NCBI GenBank assembly: GCA_964016885.1
Contig: OZ024741.1
Span: 35,960,001 to 36,024,000, forward strand
Reading direction: 5' to 3'
DNA from: Eledone cirrhosa
Lineage: Eukaryota
DNA: 64,000 nucleotides
Position 1 is the first letter of the stretch, and every line of letters starts with the position of its first letter. A program made the position numbers and the translations under genes. This document shows positions 38,834-50,907 of the stretch, piece after piece. The notes beneath the pieces were generated by a model. That model had not been told where the DNA came from and searched no databases. It worked only from the letters and a program-made list of their open reading frames with translations.

Positions 38834-39079
38834 CTGGCAACTTAAGGACAAAATCTTGATTATAATATTAGCTGGTCGAAATTGGCAGCCGCAAAGACAT
38901 ATAGCAGCGGCATGTCCCACTGCAGGCTCTGCAACCTTGAATTGCTGCATATCTTAAGGAACGATAAAATGCTGCTCAACAGCAAAATAGAAAGGTCAAT
39001 TTTCTGCAGACAGAGGATTGCTACAAAATTCGCGAGATTTAAACTACCGGGATTCGAACCAATATCACTTAGCTTTTAA
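38834..39079 (+). mobile_element. Penelope-like GIY-YIG C-terminus; probable 3'UTR continues to about 40090
   Basis: WQLKDK/NLDYNISW...YSSGMSHCRLCNLE...LLNSKIE...FCRQR. Confidence 0.8.
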
Positions 39080-40087
39080 CATATGAAATCCGCCTTCTCA
39101 CACAGCCCACTACGGAACTATAATCTTTTATAAATACCTTATAGCCTCCCTAATTCTATTCTACTGGAATGTGTCTACAACTATCTTATCAGCCCATAAA
39201 TCAATCCCATCTTCGCTGTTATTCACTCCTTCGGACCAAACAATTATATCTCTCATTAGCACTCATGATCTCTAACAGATGAACCTAATTCTAAGTACAT
39301 TATCTTATTACTCCTACACTCCTTGAAATCTTACTTTCCTCTTATTATTCTTATTATTATTATGAACATCTCATTGTATCCCTAATATTATTCATCATGT
39401 TCTATATATCTACCATGCACATTTTACTATTTTATTACCTTTATTATTTCTATTATTATTGTTATTATTGTCTTATTTATACATGATTTGTTATTGATGC
39501 TGTGAAAACTAAACCCCCACGATTCGAACTAACAATCCCTACCTTTAGTATAGGCCACTTAAATAACGAATCTACAACTCCATTTAACACCACATAAAAA
39601 CTATCATCCTCACTAAATTAATAAAACGAAAATGTTTATCTGTCAAATAATAAGTAAATCTCCGGTTTATTGCCAAAATAGTGGATACCTCATAAATTCT
39701 GTCCCCAAGTACATTTTAGTGGTTACTGTTATCTCGTCGCCACCCCATCACTATATCTAATGTACCCTATAGCAGTTTTCACATGTCAATTCCATACATC
39801 TGTATCATATGTTATTATTTTAACTATTTGCTATCTAGTTATTTTATTTTATTATTAATATTATTGTTCTGGTTTAATACCACAACTATATAAAAACCAT
39901 GCCTTATGTATCTTCTTCATTTCGCCTGCTCTCATGAAAACGACTGGTTATAAACAAAGTATTGGAAGTCAATTGGCGCATAATCAGGCGGATAGCAAAC
40001 TCTAGACCTACCAGATCAAAGAAACAATTGGCAGCATTGGGAATAAAGCCCTTATTGTATAGCGAACCATGTCACTCTTCTTTCTTG

Positions 40088-40140
<53 letters not shown>

Positions 40141-40334
40141 GATAAATCTACCAACAGTTTACGGTAGTGTCCAATCCGTATGAAGAACTCAATGTAATCC
40201 GGATATCATGGAAAGAAGAGATGCAATGAAAAATCACTTTCGGTGAAAGATAAACGGAATACAGAGTCAAGATAAAATATTAAAAAAATAATGAATAAAA
40301 CAATGAAACAGTTCCTTATATTAAACAAAAAAAG

Positions 40335-40488
40335 TTCATTATTTAACGATCGTTTCTAGGATATATATGTGTTAGAATTGGCATGCATATTCAACAGATC
40401 TATGTACAAAATTATACAAAATTATACAAACTATCAAAATTAAATATACATACCAACACATATATATGCCGTCTTCAGAAATAATGAA
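40335..40488 (-). ncRNA. Hammerhead ribozyme motif with very long stem II (PLE pseudo-LTR, sense copy)
   Basis: Reverse complement of 44834-44987. Confidence 0.65.
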
Positions 40489-41075
40489 ATATATTTATTG
40501 ATAATAACAACAATTCAAAATTTCAGGTCTGTTTGGGAACAGAATTCAAATTGACCAATGAAAATACAAAAAGTTTATACAGTTAGGTGTGTGTATATAC
40601 ATTTAAGTAACTTCGTTCACAGATATGCATAAAGATATATGTTCACATGCATACGCATGCCAAAAAGATGTATGTAAATACAAAAATTCAAGGCTAATGT
40701 CTCTGTAAGTTTATAATCTACAGATAAAATGCGTATACACACATAAATATAAATAAATATATACACACATTCATATACTCACACATATTCGTACATTCAC
40801 ACACACACGCGCGTATACGCATAAACATACACACAACCACGAACATACATATACACATACACCCCCACACACATATATATGTGTATACACTATTATCATA
40901 AGCATATGGACATTAATGCACGCACATAAACACTGCCACACATATTTAGATCCAGATACAGAAATTAGGTGGGGGGGGGAGAGGTCAGTATTCAACGGTG
41001 TCAGCAGACTGCCTATTTATAAATGTATCTATAAACTTAGAAATAAAAAGAAAAAGAAAAAAGAAATATATCAAG

Positions 41076-41157
<82 letters not shown>

Positions 41158-41466
41158 CATATATATATATATATACATACATATACATATATATATATAT
41201 ACATACACATAGACACACATACATATACATACATATACATACACATATACACAAACACATACATACACCTACATATACATACACATACCATATAAATACA
41301 CATACACATACACACACGCATACATATAGAGGCACATACATATACACATATAAATACATAGACATATACACATATACACACATATATATATATATATTTA
41401 TATATATATATACACACATACACGCATACATATATATATATATATACATTCACAACACACGTATAC

Positions 41467-41537
<71 letters not shown>

Positions 41538-41658
41538 TATACACATATACAGACACATCTACACACATATATATAAACACACTCATATATATACACACAT
41601 ACACATACATACCCACATATAAATATATATACATATATATATATACATACACACACAT

Positions 41659-41702
<44 letters not shown>

Positions 41703-41970
41703 ATATACACACATATATACATATATACACATACATATACATATATACATACATACACATACACACACATATATATATATATATAAAAAAATAAAGAAAT
41801 AAGATAAATAAATTAATTAATTAATTAATACACACAGTCAGACAAATATGCACACACATACATATACATATATATATACACACACATATATATATACACA
41901 TATATACACATGTATATATATATATACACACATATACATACACATATAAATACACATACACACATCAACT

Positions 41971-42005
<35 letters not shown>

Positions 42006-42213
42006 TATATATATATATAAATAATATATATATATATATACACACACTCACATATATATGCGCACATACGTACACATATACACATACACACATATATACA
42101 TAGACATATACATGTGCATACATGTACATACACACATATACCCACATAGATACATAGATACACATATATATAGACATACATATACACACACATATATAGA
42201 CACACATATACAC

Positions 42214-42258
<45 letters not shown>

Positions 42259-43437
42259 ATCATACACCCTTATTTGCATGCGCACATATGTATTTTTATA
42301 CTCACATACAAACACCCAAACATACATACCTACCTACATATACATACATACATCCAGGCTTACAAATACAAATAATAATAGAAGGGGGGAAGGGGGGGGA
42401 GGGGATTATAGTAAATATATGTTTCAAGAAACATAGAATATTAATCTGCATTTAGATCATAATATGTGTTTACATAGTTTCAGTATTAGGAAATGTAAGA
42501 AAGAAGGCAAAATTATGCATTTCAATATAAGTATACCATTAATTATAGGTTAACTAAACTAAAGATAGTTAATATATTGATTTCTAAGGTGTATACTACT
42601 TAGGTTTATAATATTTGAAGCAGAAATTTGAAGTTAAATAGTAGTAGAGTATTAATTATAGTATAACTAAATTAAAATTATTAACGTTATGGTATCAATA
42701 TTAGGAAATGAAATTAGTAATAGGGAAAAAACAAATAAAGTATTACATCGGTAGTAGAATATAAATTATAGGTTAACTAAATTAAAAATTATATATTAAT
42801 TTCTATAGTATATGTTAATTAGGTTTATAATAATTAAAACAGATATTGTATTTTATCTATATTAGAATATAATTATAGGTAAACAGAAATTAAAATTAAT
42901 ACATACACATATACATATACATATATATATAGATATATATATATATACACATACATATATATACACATACATATACATATTTTTTCAAAAATTGCAAAGA
43001 ATATATTAACTAGGTATACATCCAAAACCTATCTCATTCTATGATTACATGACACTCTGCAATCCATCTGTATTAGGATACTAATTTTAAGCCTATTAAA
43101 TTAAATGTTTAGGTTGACCAAATTTAAAACCAAATTATAAATATATTTCTAAAATGTACATTAATTAGGTCTATAATACTAAAAATTATTTCTCTGTCAT
43201 TGAATACACGATATTTTGTTATATTTTATCTGTAAAGGAATTTTAATAAAAGGTTAAATAAATCAAAATTAATCTATAAATTAATTTATTAAGTATATAT
43301 TAGTAATATTTAAAAGTTTTTCGCAATTTATGATTACACAATATTTTATAATCTCATCTGTAGTAGAATTTTAATTAAATTAAATTTATAGGTTAACTAA
43401 CATTTAAATTAAATTATATATTAATTTCTAAAATAAT

Positions 43438-43540
43438 TGTTTCTACTTTAGGCACAAGGCCAGCAATTACCCAGTTCATTACTGGTACTTTATTTTATCG
43501 ACCTCGTAAGGATGAAAGGCAAAGTCAACCTCGGCGGGAT
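43438..43540 (-). mobile_element. 5'-truncated Meta-like SINE with 17-bp TSD
   Basis: TTAATTTCTAAAATAAT at 43421-43437 and 43541-43557. Confidence 0.85.
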
Positions 43541-44078
43541 TTAATTTCTAAAATAATGTTATTAATTAGGTTTATAATATTTAAATGTTTTTCTTAGTTT
43601 ATGATTACACGATATAATTAATTCCTGTCGTTTATTTAATAGGATATCCTTAGATTTCATTATTTCAAATAGTTCTTGGGAACATAATCTACATTCATTT
43701 CTATTATTTTGATAAGGGGTGGCTCTTTTGAGCACACTCCAGGTCAAATCATATTCTATATTCTTATTTTTATAACTATTGATTGTTTCTGCTAGAGATG
43801 TTGTATTAGCCAGTGCGGCATTTTTAAAACTATGTTTGTGGGTATTAAACCTTGCCTTAAAATTGTTAGAAGTAGCTCCTATATATGAGCAAATAGAATC
43901 TTTAGTTTTAACATTACATTTATAAGATTCTATGTGTTTGTGTATATGTGTATGTATATGTATGTATATGTATGTGTGTCTATGTGTATGTATATATATA
44001 TATATGTATATGTATGTATATCGATGTATATTTTATATTTTACTTGTTTATATATATATATGTGTGTGTGTGTGTATG

Positions 44079-44115
<37 letters not shown>

Positions 44116-44134
44116 GTATGTATATATATATATG

Positions 44135-44165
<31 letters not shown>

Positions 44166-44172
44166 ATGTGTG

Positions 44173-44244
<72 letters not shown>

Positions 44245-44833
44245 CTTGATATATTTCTTTTTTCTTTTTCTTTTTATTTCTAAGTTTATAGATACATTTA
44301 TAAATAGGCAGTCTGCTGACACCGTTGAATACTGACCTCTCCCCCCCCCCCACCTAATTTCTGTATCTGGATCTAAATATGTGTGGCAGTGTTTATGTGC
44401 GTGCATTAATGTCCATATGCTTATGATAATAGTGTATACACATATATATGTGTGTGGGGGTGTATGTGTATATGTATGTTCGTGGTTGTGTGTATGTTTA
44501 TGCGTATACGCGCGTGTGTGTGTGAATGTACGAATATGTGTGAGTATATGAATGTGTGTATATATTTATTTATATTTATGTGTGTATACGCATTTTATCT
44601 GTAGATTATAAACTTACAGAGACATTAGCCTTGAATTTTTGTATTTACATACATCTTTTTGGCATGCGTATGCATGTGAACATATATCTTTATGCATATC
44701 TGTGAACGAAGTTACTTAAATGTATATACACACACCTAACTGTATAAACTTTTTGTATTTTCATTGGTCAATTTGAATTCTGTTCCCAAACAGACCTGAA
44801 ATTTTGAATTGTTGTTATTATCAATAAATATAT

Positions 44834-44987
44834 TTCATTATTTCTGAAGACGGCATATATATGTGTTGGTATGTATATTTAATTTTGATAGTTTGTATAA
44901 TTTTGTATAATTTTGTACATAGATCTGTTGAATATGCATGCCAATTCTAACACATATATATCCTAGAAACGATCGTTAAATAATGAA
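44834..44987 (+). ncRNA. Hammerhead ribozyme motif with very long stem II (inverted pseudo-LTR copy)
   Basis: TTCATTATTT-CTGAAGA-C-GG.C.ATATATATGTGTTGG...CTAACACATATATAT.CC-TA-GAAA-CGATCG-TT-AAATAATGAA. 10-bp stem I, palindromic stem III, GUU triplet. Confidence 0.65.
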
Positions 44988-45097
44988 CTTTTTTTGTTTA
45001 ATATAAGGAACTGTTTCATTGTTTTATTCATTATTTTTTTAATATTTTATATATATATATACATATCTTTCTATTTCATCTTTTATTTCTCATTCTA

Positions 45098-45133
45098 TCT
45101 TCTGATGAAGGACTGGTGTTTGAAATGTTAAGA
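45098..45133 (+). ncRNA. Degenerate minimal hammerhead (PLE type)
   Basis: TCTT-CTGATGA-A.GGAC.TGGT.GTTT-GAAA-TG-TT-AAGA; weak stems II and III. Confidence 0.45.
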
Positions 45134-45291
45134 CTTTTCCTATTATTTCAAGCGATAAACTAATACATTTCTTCACTGTACTGTATCGTTTGCTTTGTTA
45201 TTTCTGTTTACTTTTTACATATGTATACGCACACATATACACACACACATATATATATATATCATCGTTTTTATATGTATATATATATATA

Positions 45292-46701
45292 TCTACTATT
45301 TATTATTGCCCTTCAGGCTATAACAGAGGAGTTCAAGACTGGCTGCCCATGGGAACTCCTATACGCAGATGATCTAACGCTCATAGCTGAATCAATGGCT
45401 GAACTAGAGAAGAAATTCCAAACATGGAAGCATGGCCTAGAATCAAAAGGCCTTAAAATTAACCTGTCTAAGACTAAAGTTCTAGTTTGTAGGAAGGAAA
45501 ATAGGGCACCGGTCCCATCTGGGAAATGGCCATGCTCAGTGTGTAGGAAAGGAGTAGGCAGAAACTCCATTTTATGTCCAAAAGGCAAAGTATGGGTGCA
45601 TAAAAGATGTAGTGGGATCACAGGTAAGCTAACTAAGAATATAGATTTTATATGTGGCCGGTGCTCAGGTGCAATAAGTAGTAGCAAGTGCCCACAAAAT
45701 ACTAGCTCTTTCAACTGCGCAGAGGGTTCTATAGAAATAGTGGACACCTTACGTTACTTGGGTGACAAAATGAGCAGTGGTGGAGGGTGCTCTGAAAGTA
45801 CAGTAGCTAGAGTCAGAACGGGGTGGAAAAAGTTCAGAGAGCTTATACCACTATTGGCCGCTAAAGGGTTCTCTCTAAAAATGAAAGGCAGGCTGTATGA
45901 TGCCTGCATACAAACAGCAATGTTGCATGGCAGTGAGACCTGGGCATTGTGTGCAGAGGATATACGCAGACTGGAGAGGAATTAAGCTTGCATGCTCCGC
46001 TGGATATGTAATAGTAATATACGTGAACGGCAAAGCATAAACGAACTAAGGGAGAAATTAGGAATAAGAGGGATCAGATGTTGTTTACTCGAGAGAAAAC
46101 TACGTTGGTACGGAACCGTGATGCGCATGAAAGACGACAGTTGTATAAAAAAGTGCAGGGCGATAAAAATAGACAGTAGCCACGGAGTAGGCAGACCCAG
46201 AAAAACCTGGGATGACTTGATAAATTCCGACCTCACACACTTACACCTCTCCAAGACAATGTCACTGGACCAAGATCTTTGGTGCTACACAGTAATACAG
46301 AAGACCCGCCTTGCCTAAGTACAAAGCAAAACCTACAGTCAATAGGCACCTCTAACAAAAATACACCCCCTCCTACTACCCCCACCCCATCCACACCACC
46401 CCTTTCGATGTAAAGTTATGTTGGTACCACAACATCCAGTCCGAAATAAATGAGGTCGTGTAGGTGTCACGACAAAAAAACACACAATCCACGCTGTAAT
46501 GTGGCCATGTAGGTAACACAGTAAAAACTTCCAAGTCCACACTGTAAACGTGGTTGATGTTAGGAAGGGCATCCAGCCGTAGAAAACCCACCAGACAGTC
46601 CTATACGAGCAAGACAACCAACCTTGCCTCAAGTGGGACAATTCCCGTCCAAACCCATGCAAGCGTGGAAGATGGACGTTAAACGATGATGATGATGATG
46701 A
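45292..46701 (+). mobile_element. 5'-truncated RTE LINE
   Basis: ORFs 45221..45985 and 45992..46318 (LLYADDL, PHD, GRPRKTW), then the 3'UTR and (GAT)n tail. Confidence 0.95.
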
Positions 46702-47308
46702 TATAACAAAGGAAGTGTGGTAAGGAACCAGGTGGACCATATATGTATATGTATGTATGTATGTATATACACAAACATATGCATATGTATATATATATAT
46801 CAGCATTATCATAATCATCATTTTACGTCCGCTTTTCCCTGCTTGCAAGGGTGGGACATATATATATATATATATATATACACATATGCATATGTATGTA
46901 TATATATATACATATACACAAATGCATATATATATATATATATGTGTGTGTTTATGAAACATGCCTGCTCATTTAATCCAGATGAAAGAGGTTGCATGTT
47001 CCTGGCCAAACTTAATTAGTAATAATAATAATAATAAATTGAAACATGGTTATTAATATGTTGCTTAGTATCCACTTAGCTAAGGTGTCAAGCTGACATC
47101 TGAACATTAGTGATATAACCTGAATAGTTGTGTATGTCGTCGTGCTGTTGAAATATAATTGAGACTTACATAACTAGCAATCTTCTGTGCTGGAGAAAAA
47201 ATAATCACAACATATACAAATCTTTCAATGCAAACAGACAGAACACATAGTTATATTGGATTTTTTAAAGTTCTCTCCCTTCCATTATTTGACAACAAAT
47301 GTCATTAA

Positions 47309-47516
47309 CCCTTTAGCATTTATATAACTCTATATCTACTATTGTATTTTCAAGCTAAACACTTTATTCCACATAATTATCTCACATAATATTGAATCTA
47401 TGAGATTTTGATATTATTTATTTTGAGAACAATATGTTAACGTCAGTATTAGTGGCCAGTTTGAACAAAAGGTGAGAGAATTCTGGCCAGATGTGGCCAG
47501 TTTAAATACTAAAGGG
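47309..47516. mobile_element. piggyBac-type MITE
   Basis: TTAA-CCCTTTAGCATTTA...TAAATACTAAAGGG-TTAA. Confidence 0.85.
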
Positions 47517-47682
47517 TTAATGCTAATTTTGATATTTTTCTTGTCATAATGCATGGAATATCATTTGATTGAACATTTGTTTCAACTCATAAATTAAAGT
47601 ATTGTTGGTCTACATTTTAACTATGTGTTTCTCAAGCAGGAGACATCCCTGAGAAATTTTCAAAAGTTATTAGTAGAACAGT

Positions 47683-47874
47683 TGAGGGTTGGCTGAAAAA
47701 GTTCATAGGCTGACCAAGATACTCTCATGGAATGACCAAATGAGGTTCATTTATCAACATGGAAAGAAACAATACAGTTAGTATTAAGAAGAGTTGAAAT
47801 TAATGCATGCAAGATTTCACAGCTCTAGCATCACTCCTTCATAGTCAGCCTATGTACTTTTCAGCTTACCCTCA
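47683..47874. mobile_element. Mariner-type MITE
   Basis: About 31-bp TIR TGAGGGTTGGCTGAAAAAGTTCATAGGCTGAC / GTCAGCCTATGTACTTTTCAGCTTACCCTCA-TA. Confidence 0.8.
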
Positions 47875-48122
47875 TATTTACACAATCATATAAATAAATC
47901 AATATCAAATAAAGATAAATATAATGTCATAAGATGAGCAATTTGTTGGGGGTTGCGGGGGTGATTAAATCAACTTCAGTACTTGGCTATTTTATTTCAC
48001 TTAACCCAGAAAGATAAAAGACAAAGTTGACCTCACCAGTATTTGAACTCAGAAGAAAATGCTACAAAGAATTATGTCTGATGCTTTAATGATTCTGCTA
48101 AAATACCCACCTAAAATAATTC

Positions 48123-48310
48123 TGTGGATTGGCAGTATCAGTAGAGGGTCGGATGCCATGCTTTGCAGCAAAGAGTTACAGCCCTTTATGGTCTGAGTTC
48201 AAATCCCGCCGAGGTTAACTTTGCCTTTCATCCTTACGGGGGTCGATAAAATAAAGTACCAGTCATACACTGGTATAATTTCTGGCCTTGTGCCAAAACT
48301 AGAAACAATT
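48123..48310 (+). mobile_element. Meta-like tRNA SINE, flanked by older antisense copies
   Basis: Homologous to 12754-12940. Degenerate reverse copies lie at about 47940-48110 and 48320-48440. Confidence 0.85.
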
Positions 48311-48442
48311 ATAATGGCTTCTGATTTAGGCACAAGGACAACAAATTTTGGAAGAGGGGAAAGTTGATTAAAACAACCCCATTGTGCTACTAGTATTTTA
48401 TTTTATTGACCTTATAAGGATGAAAGGCAAAGTTGACCTTAA

Positions 48443-48662
48443 CCCTCTAGCCTTTACATTACTCTATATCTACTATTATAATTTAGTGGTAAAGGCTTTA
48501 CCTCTCATAATTATCTCACATAATATCAAATCTATAGATTTTAATATTATTTATTTTGAAAACCATACCTTAACATAAGTTTGAGTGGCCGGTTACAGCC
48601 AGTTTGAACAGAAAGAGGTGAGAGAACTCTGTCTGCATACGGCCGGTTTAAATGCTAAAGGG
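48443..48662. mobile_element. piggyBac-type MITE
   Basis: TTAA-CCCTCTAGC...GCTAAAGGG-TTAT; same family as 22219. Confidence 0.8.
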
Positions 48663-48703
48663 TTATATAAAGAACTGGATTATATGTGGAGATATCCATT
48701 TAA

Positions 48704-48974
48704 CCACTTCAGTGCCGTATATGAGATAACTCGTCTTAACATGTATGTATTCCAGTGTCACAGACGAGATAACTCGTCCGAACATGTTTGAACTCTTTTC
48801 TAACAATTCATAACTTCAAAGCTAGATGGGGTTACTAGTTTATTGATGTGATATTTGTCAATCATTCAGATATGTGTTGTTAATACATGTTTGTTTAAAA
48901 AAATAGTCATTTTACTGAAAACAGAACCAGCACAGCAACTGCAGCTGTGTAAAATATATGCAGCAGTCAACAGG
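48704..48974. mobile_element. Possible second piggyBac-type MITE family
   Basis: TTAA-CCACTTCAGTGC...GCAGTCAACAGG-TTAA with imperfect TIRs; internal repeated palindrome GACGAGATAACTCGTC. Confidence 0.5.
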
Positions 48975-49284
48975 TTAAGACATCTATAGTACTATGAGTA
49001 ATTTGTTTTGCCTTTTCACTATATGTGTTTCTAATGCTTTTTCTGTGGACTATCTTAGATATTTTTTATCAATATAAATCAGCAAAACATGTTTAACAAC
49101 TGATTATCTTTCTTAATGAGATCTTGTAGATAATCTGATATATTATTGTATTTTATATTGTTAATGCAATTATTATTAATGTTAACATTTTAATGTTAAT
49201 TGTGATCTTAATTGTATTCTTATTTGCACCAAATGAAACATATATAGAAAATAAATGTTGTTAGATTAACATATCACAGGTATA

Positions 49285-49480
49285 TATTGAGTTAGAAACT
49301 CAAAATAGTCTCTTACAATAAAATAGCTCTAGGAAAGAGATTTTTCCCGTATATTATAATTAAATATAAAAGAAAAACGAACACAGATATATACATATAT
49401 GTGTTCAAATCGTAAGGGACCAGATTCGCTAAGGTGAAAAGAATACTAACTATAGACAATAGGGTTTGCCAGACTCAATT
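49285..49480. mobile_element. Second copy of the 2788-2989 MITE-like element
   Basis: Colinear homology from end to end. Confidence 0.65.
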
Positions 49481-49558
49481 TAAGAATAAATCAAGAAAAT
49501 AAATACAAACCAGAATTGTGGTAACTTCAACAACATTTATTTTTTCTACATATGTATA

Positions 49559-50489
49559 TCTTTTTATATATAAAATTCGTTGTCTCTCTCTGTCTTTTCC
49601 TTATATATTTCCAAATTGCTTGACCAAATCAAATCAATCTACTATAGACAACTAAGTAAACGGATATTTTATAACACAAATGACATCACATTTTGTATAT
49701 AGGTGTGTATGTGTCTGTGAGTTTGCGTGTTTGTTACATACATTATGCCTTAGTTACATACACACATCTTCACGTAAATACTTAATTAGATATACAGAGA
49801 ATTAAACACACGATTTGGATGCTGGTTTACACACACACGCACACATGCACACACAAGCACACATACACACACAAGCACACATACTCACACACATTTATAT
49901 ACAATTATCTATATCTCTGTATCTATATCTATATCAACATATAATATAAAATATTGGAACTTCCATCATCCTTTTGAGAAACGTGGACCTGCTACTTCTA
50001 TGCAATGGCACACACTTTATAGCCAACAGGATGATAAACCATCTCATAGAGGTCACTATTCTTGGAGGCAATCATCAAGAAGAAAATGCATTTATTCCCA
50101 TGATTGCTCTTATCCCCTCCTCTACCGAGCTGCCATTCAAATTCTCAAGACTTCAGTTCCCAGTTAGAGCCAGTTTTGCTATGACCATACATAAAGCTCA
50201 GGCTCAAAGTTGTAGAATTGAATACAAGAGAATCACTTTTACCCATGGACAGTTATATGTAGGTTGTTCACAAGTGAAATCACCTAGAAATCTTCATATA
50301 CTATGCACGAATGGTAAAACGAAGAATCTGGTGTATCTAGAAGATTTTTTACTGCTTATTTTTTTGTAACACACACACCACGGTCTTGCCTCATACTGTA
50401 AATGAGACAAACATCCAATACAGTCATTTTCTCTTCTATCTGTTTCTCTTATTATTGTTTACCCAGGCAAAACTGGGTACATCAGCTAA
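49559..50489 (+). mobile_element. Internally deleted Helitron with both termini and a PIF1 helicase C-terminal remnant
   Basis: A|TCTTTTTATATATAAAA 5' end. ORF 49974..50369 gives NGT, RLQFPVRASFAMTIHKAQ and HGQLYVGCS. 3' hairpin TACCCAG-GCAAAA-CTGGGTA, then CTAA|T. Confidence 0.85.
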
Positions 50490-50907
50490 TATATATCATC
50501 ATCATCATCATCACCGTTTTACGTCCGTTCTTCCACGCTAGCATGGGTTAGACGGGTTGTCCTGTTGTGGGCAGTGTCTGGTCGGCTGACCATGCCTTGC
50601 TCATACAGGAACTGATCTGGCTTGATTTCTACAGCTGGATGCCCTTCCTAACACCAACCTCATTTACAGTGAGTGCTGGGTGCTTTTTCGTGGCGCCTAC
50701 ACGTCCACTTTACAGTGTGGGCTGGGTGCTTTTTTGCCGTGGCACCTCCACGACCACCTTGCGGTGGGGGGGGGGGGCATATTGTTTATATGCTTCAGCA
50801 TGTACCCATGGGAGGTCGGATACCCTGTATTACTGCGTGACGCCAGAAGTCACGGTCGTGTGTCATTGACTTTGAGAGGTGTAGTTGGGTAAGGTCATAT
50901 ATATATA

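Larger units (their letters stand above)
40272..45050 (-). mobile_element. 5'-truncated Penelope-like element: inverted pseudo-LTR, GIY-YIG, 3'UTR, pseudo-LTR
   Basis: About 1-kb near-perfect inverted arms at 40272-41261 and 43931-45050. GIY-YIG at 43562-43925 reads YKC...YIGATSNNFKARFNTH...CRLC...LLNKRQELIISCNH. Confidence 0.9.

Noticed and set aside
39921-39992. Nested stems (TTCGCCTG/CAGGCGGA, GACT/AGTC) in the PLE 3'UTR as a hammerhead or SECIS
   Set aside because: CTCATGA and the absence of GAAA break the hammerhead core. SECIS helix II pairs poorly and the 3' GA is absent.
40985-42375. Many YI/HT/VC-repeat ORFs (also at 2.5, 18.9 and 44 kb)
   Set aside because: They are translations of (TA)n/(CA)n microsatellites.
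49974-50369. Host PIF1 helicase gene
   Set aside because: It is a degenerate C-terminal fragment enclosed by Helitron TC and hairpin-CTRR termini.
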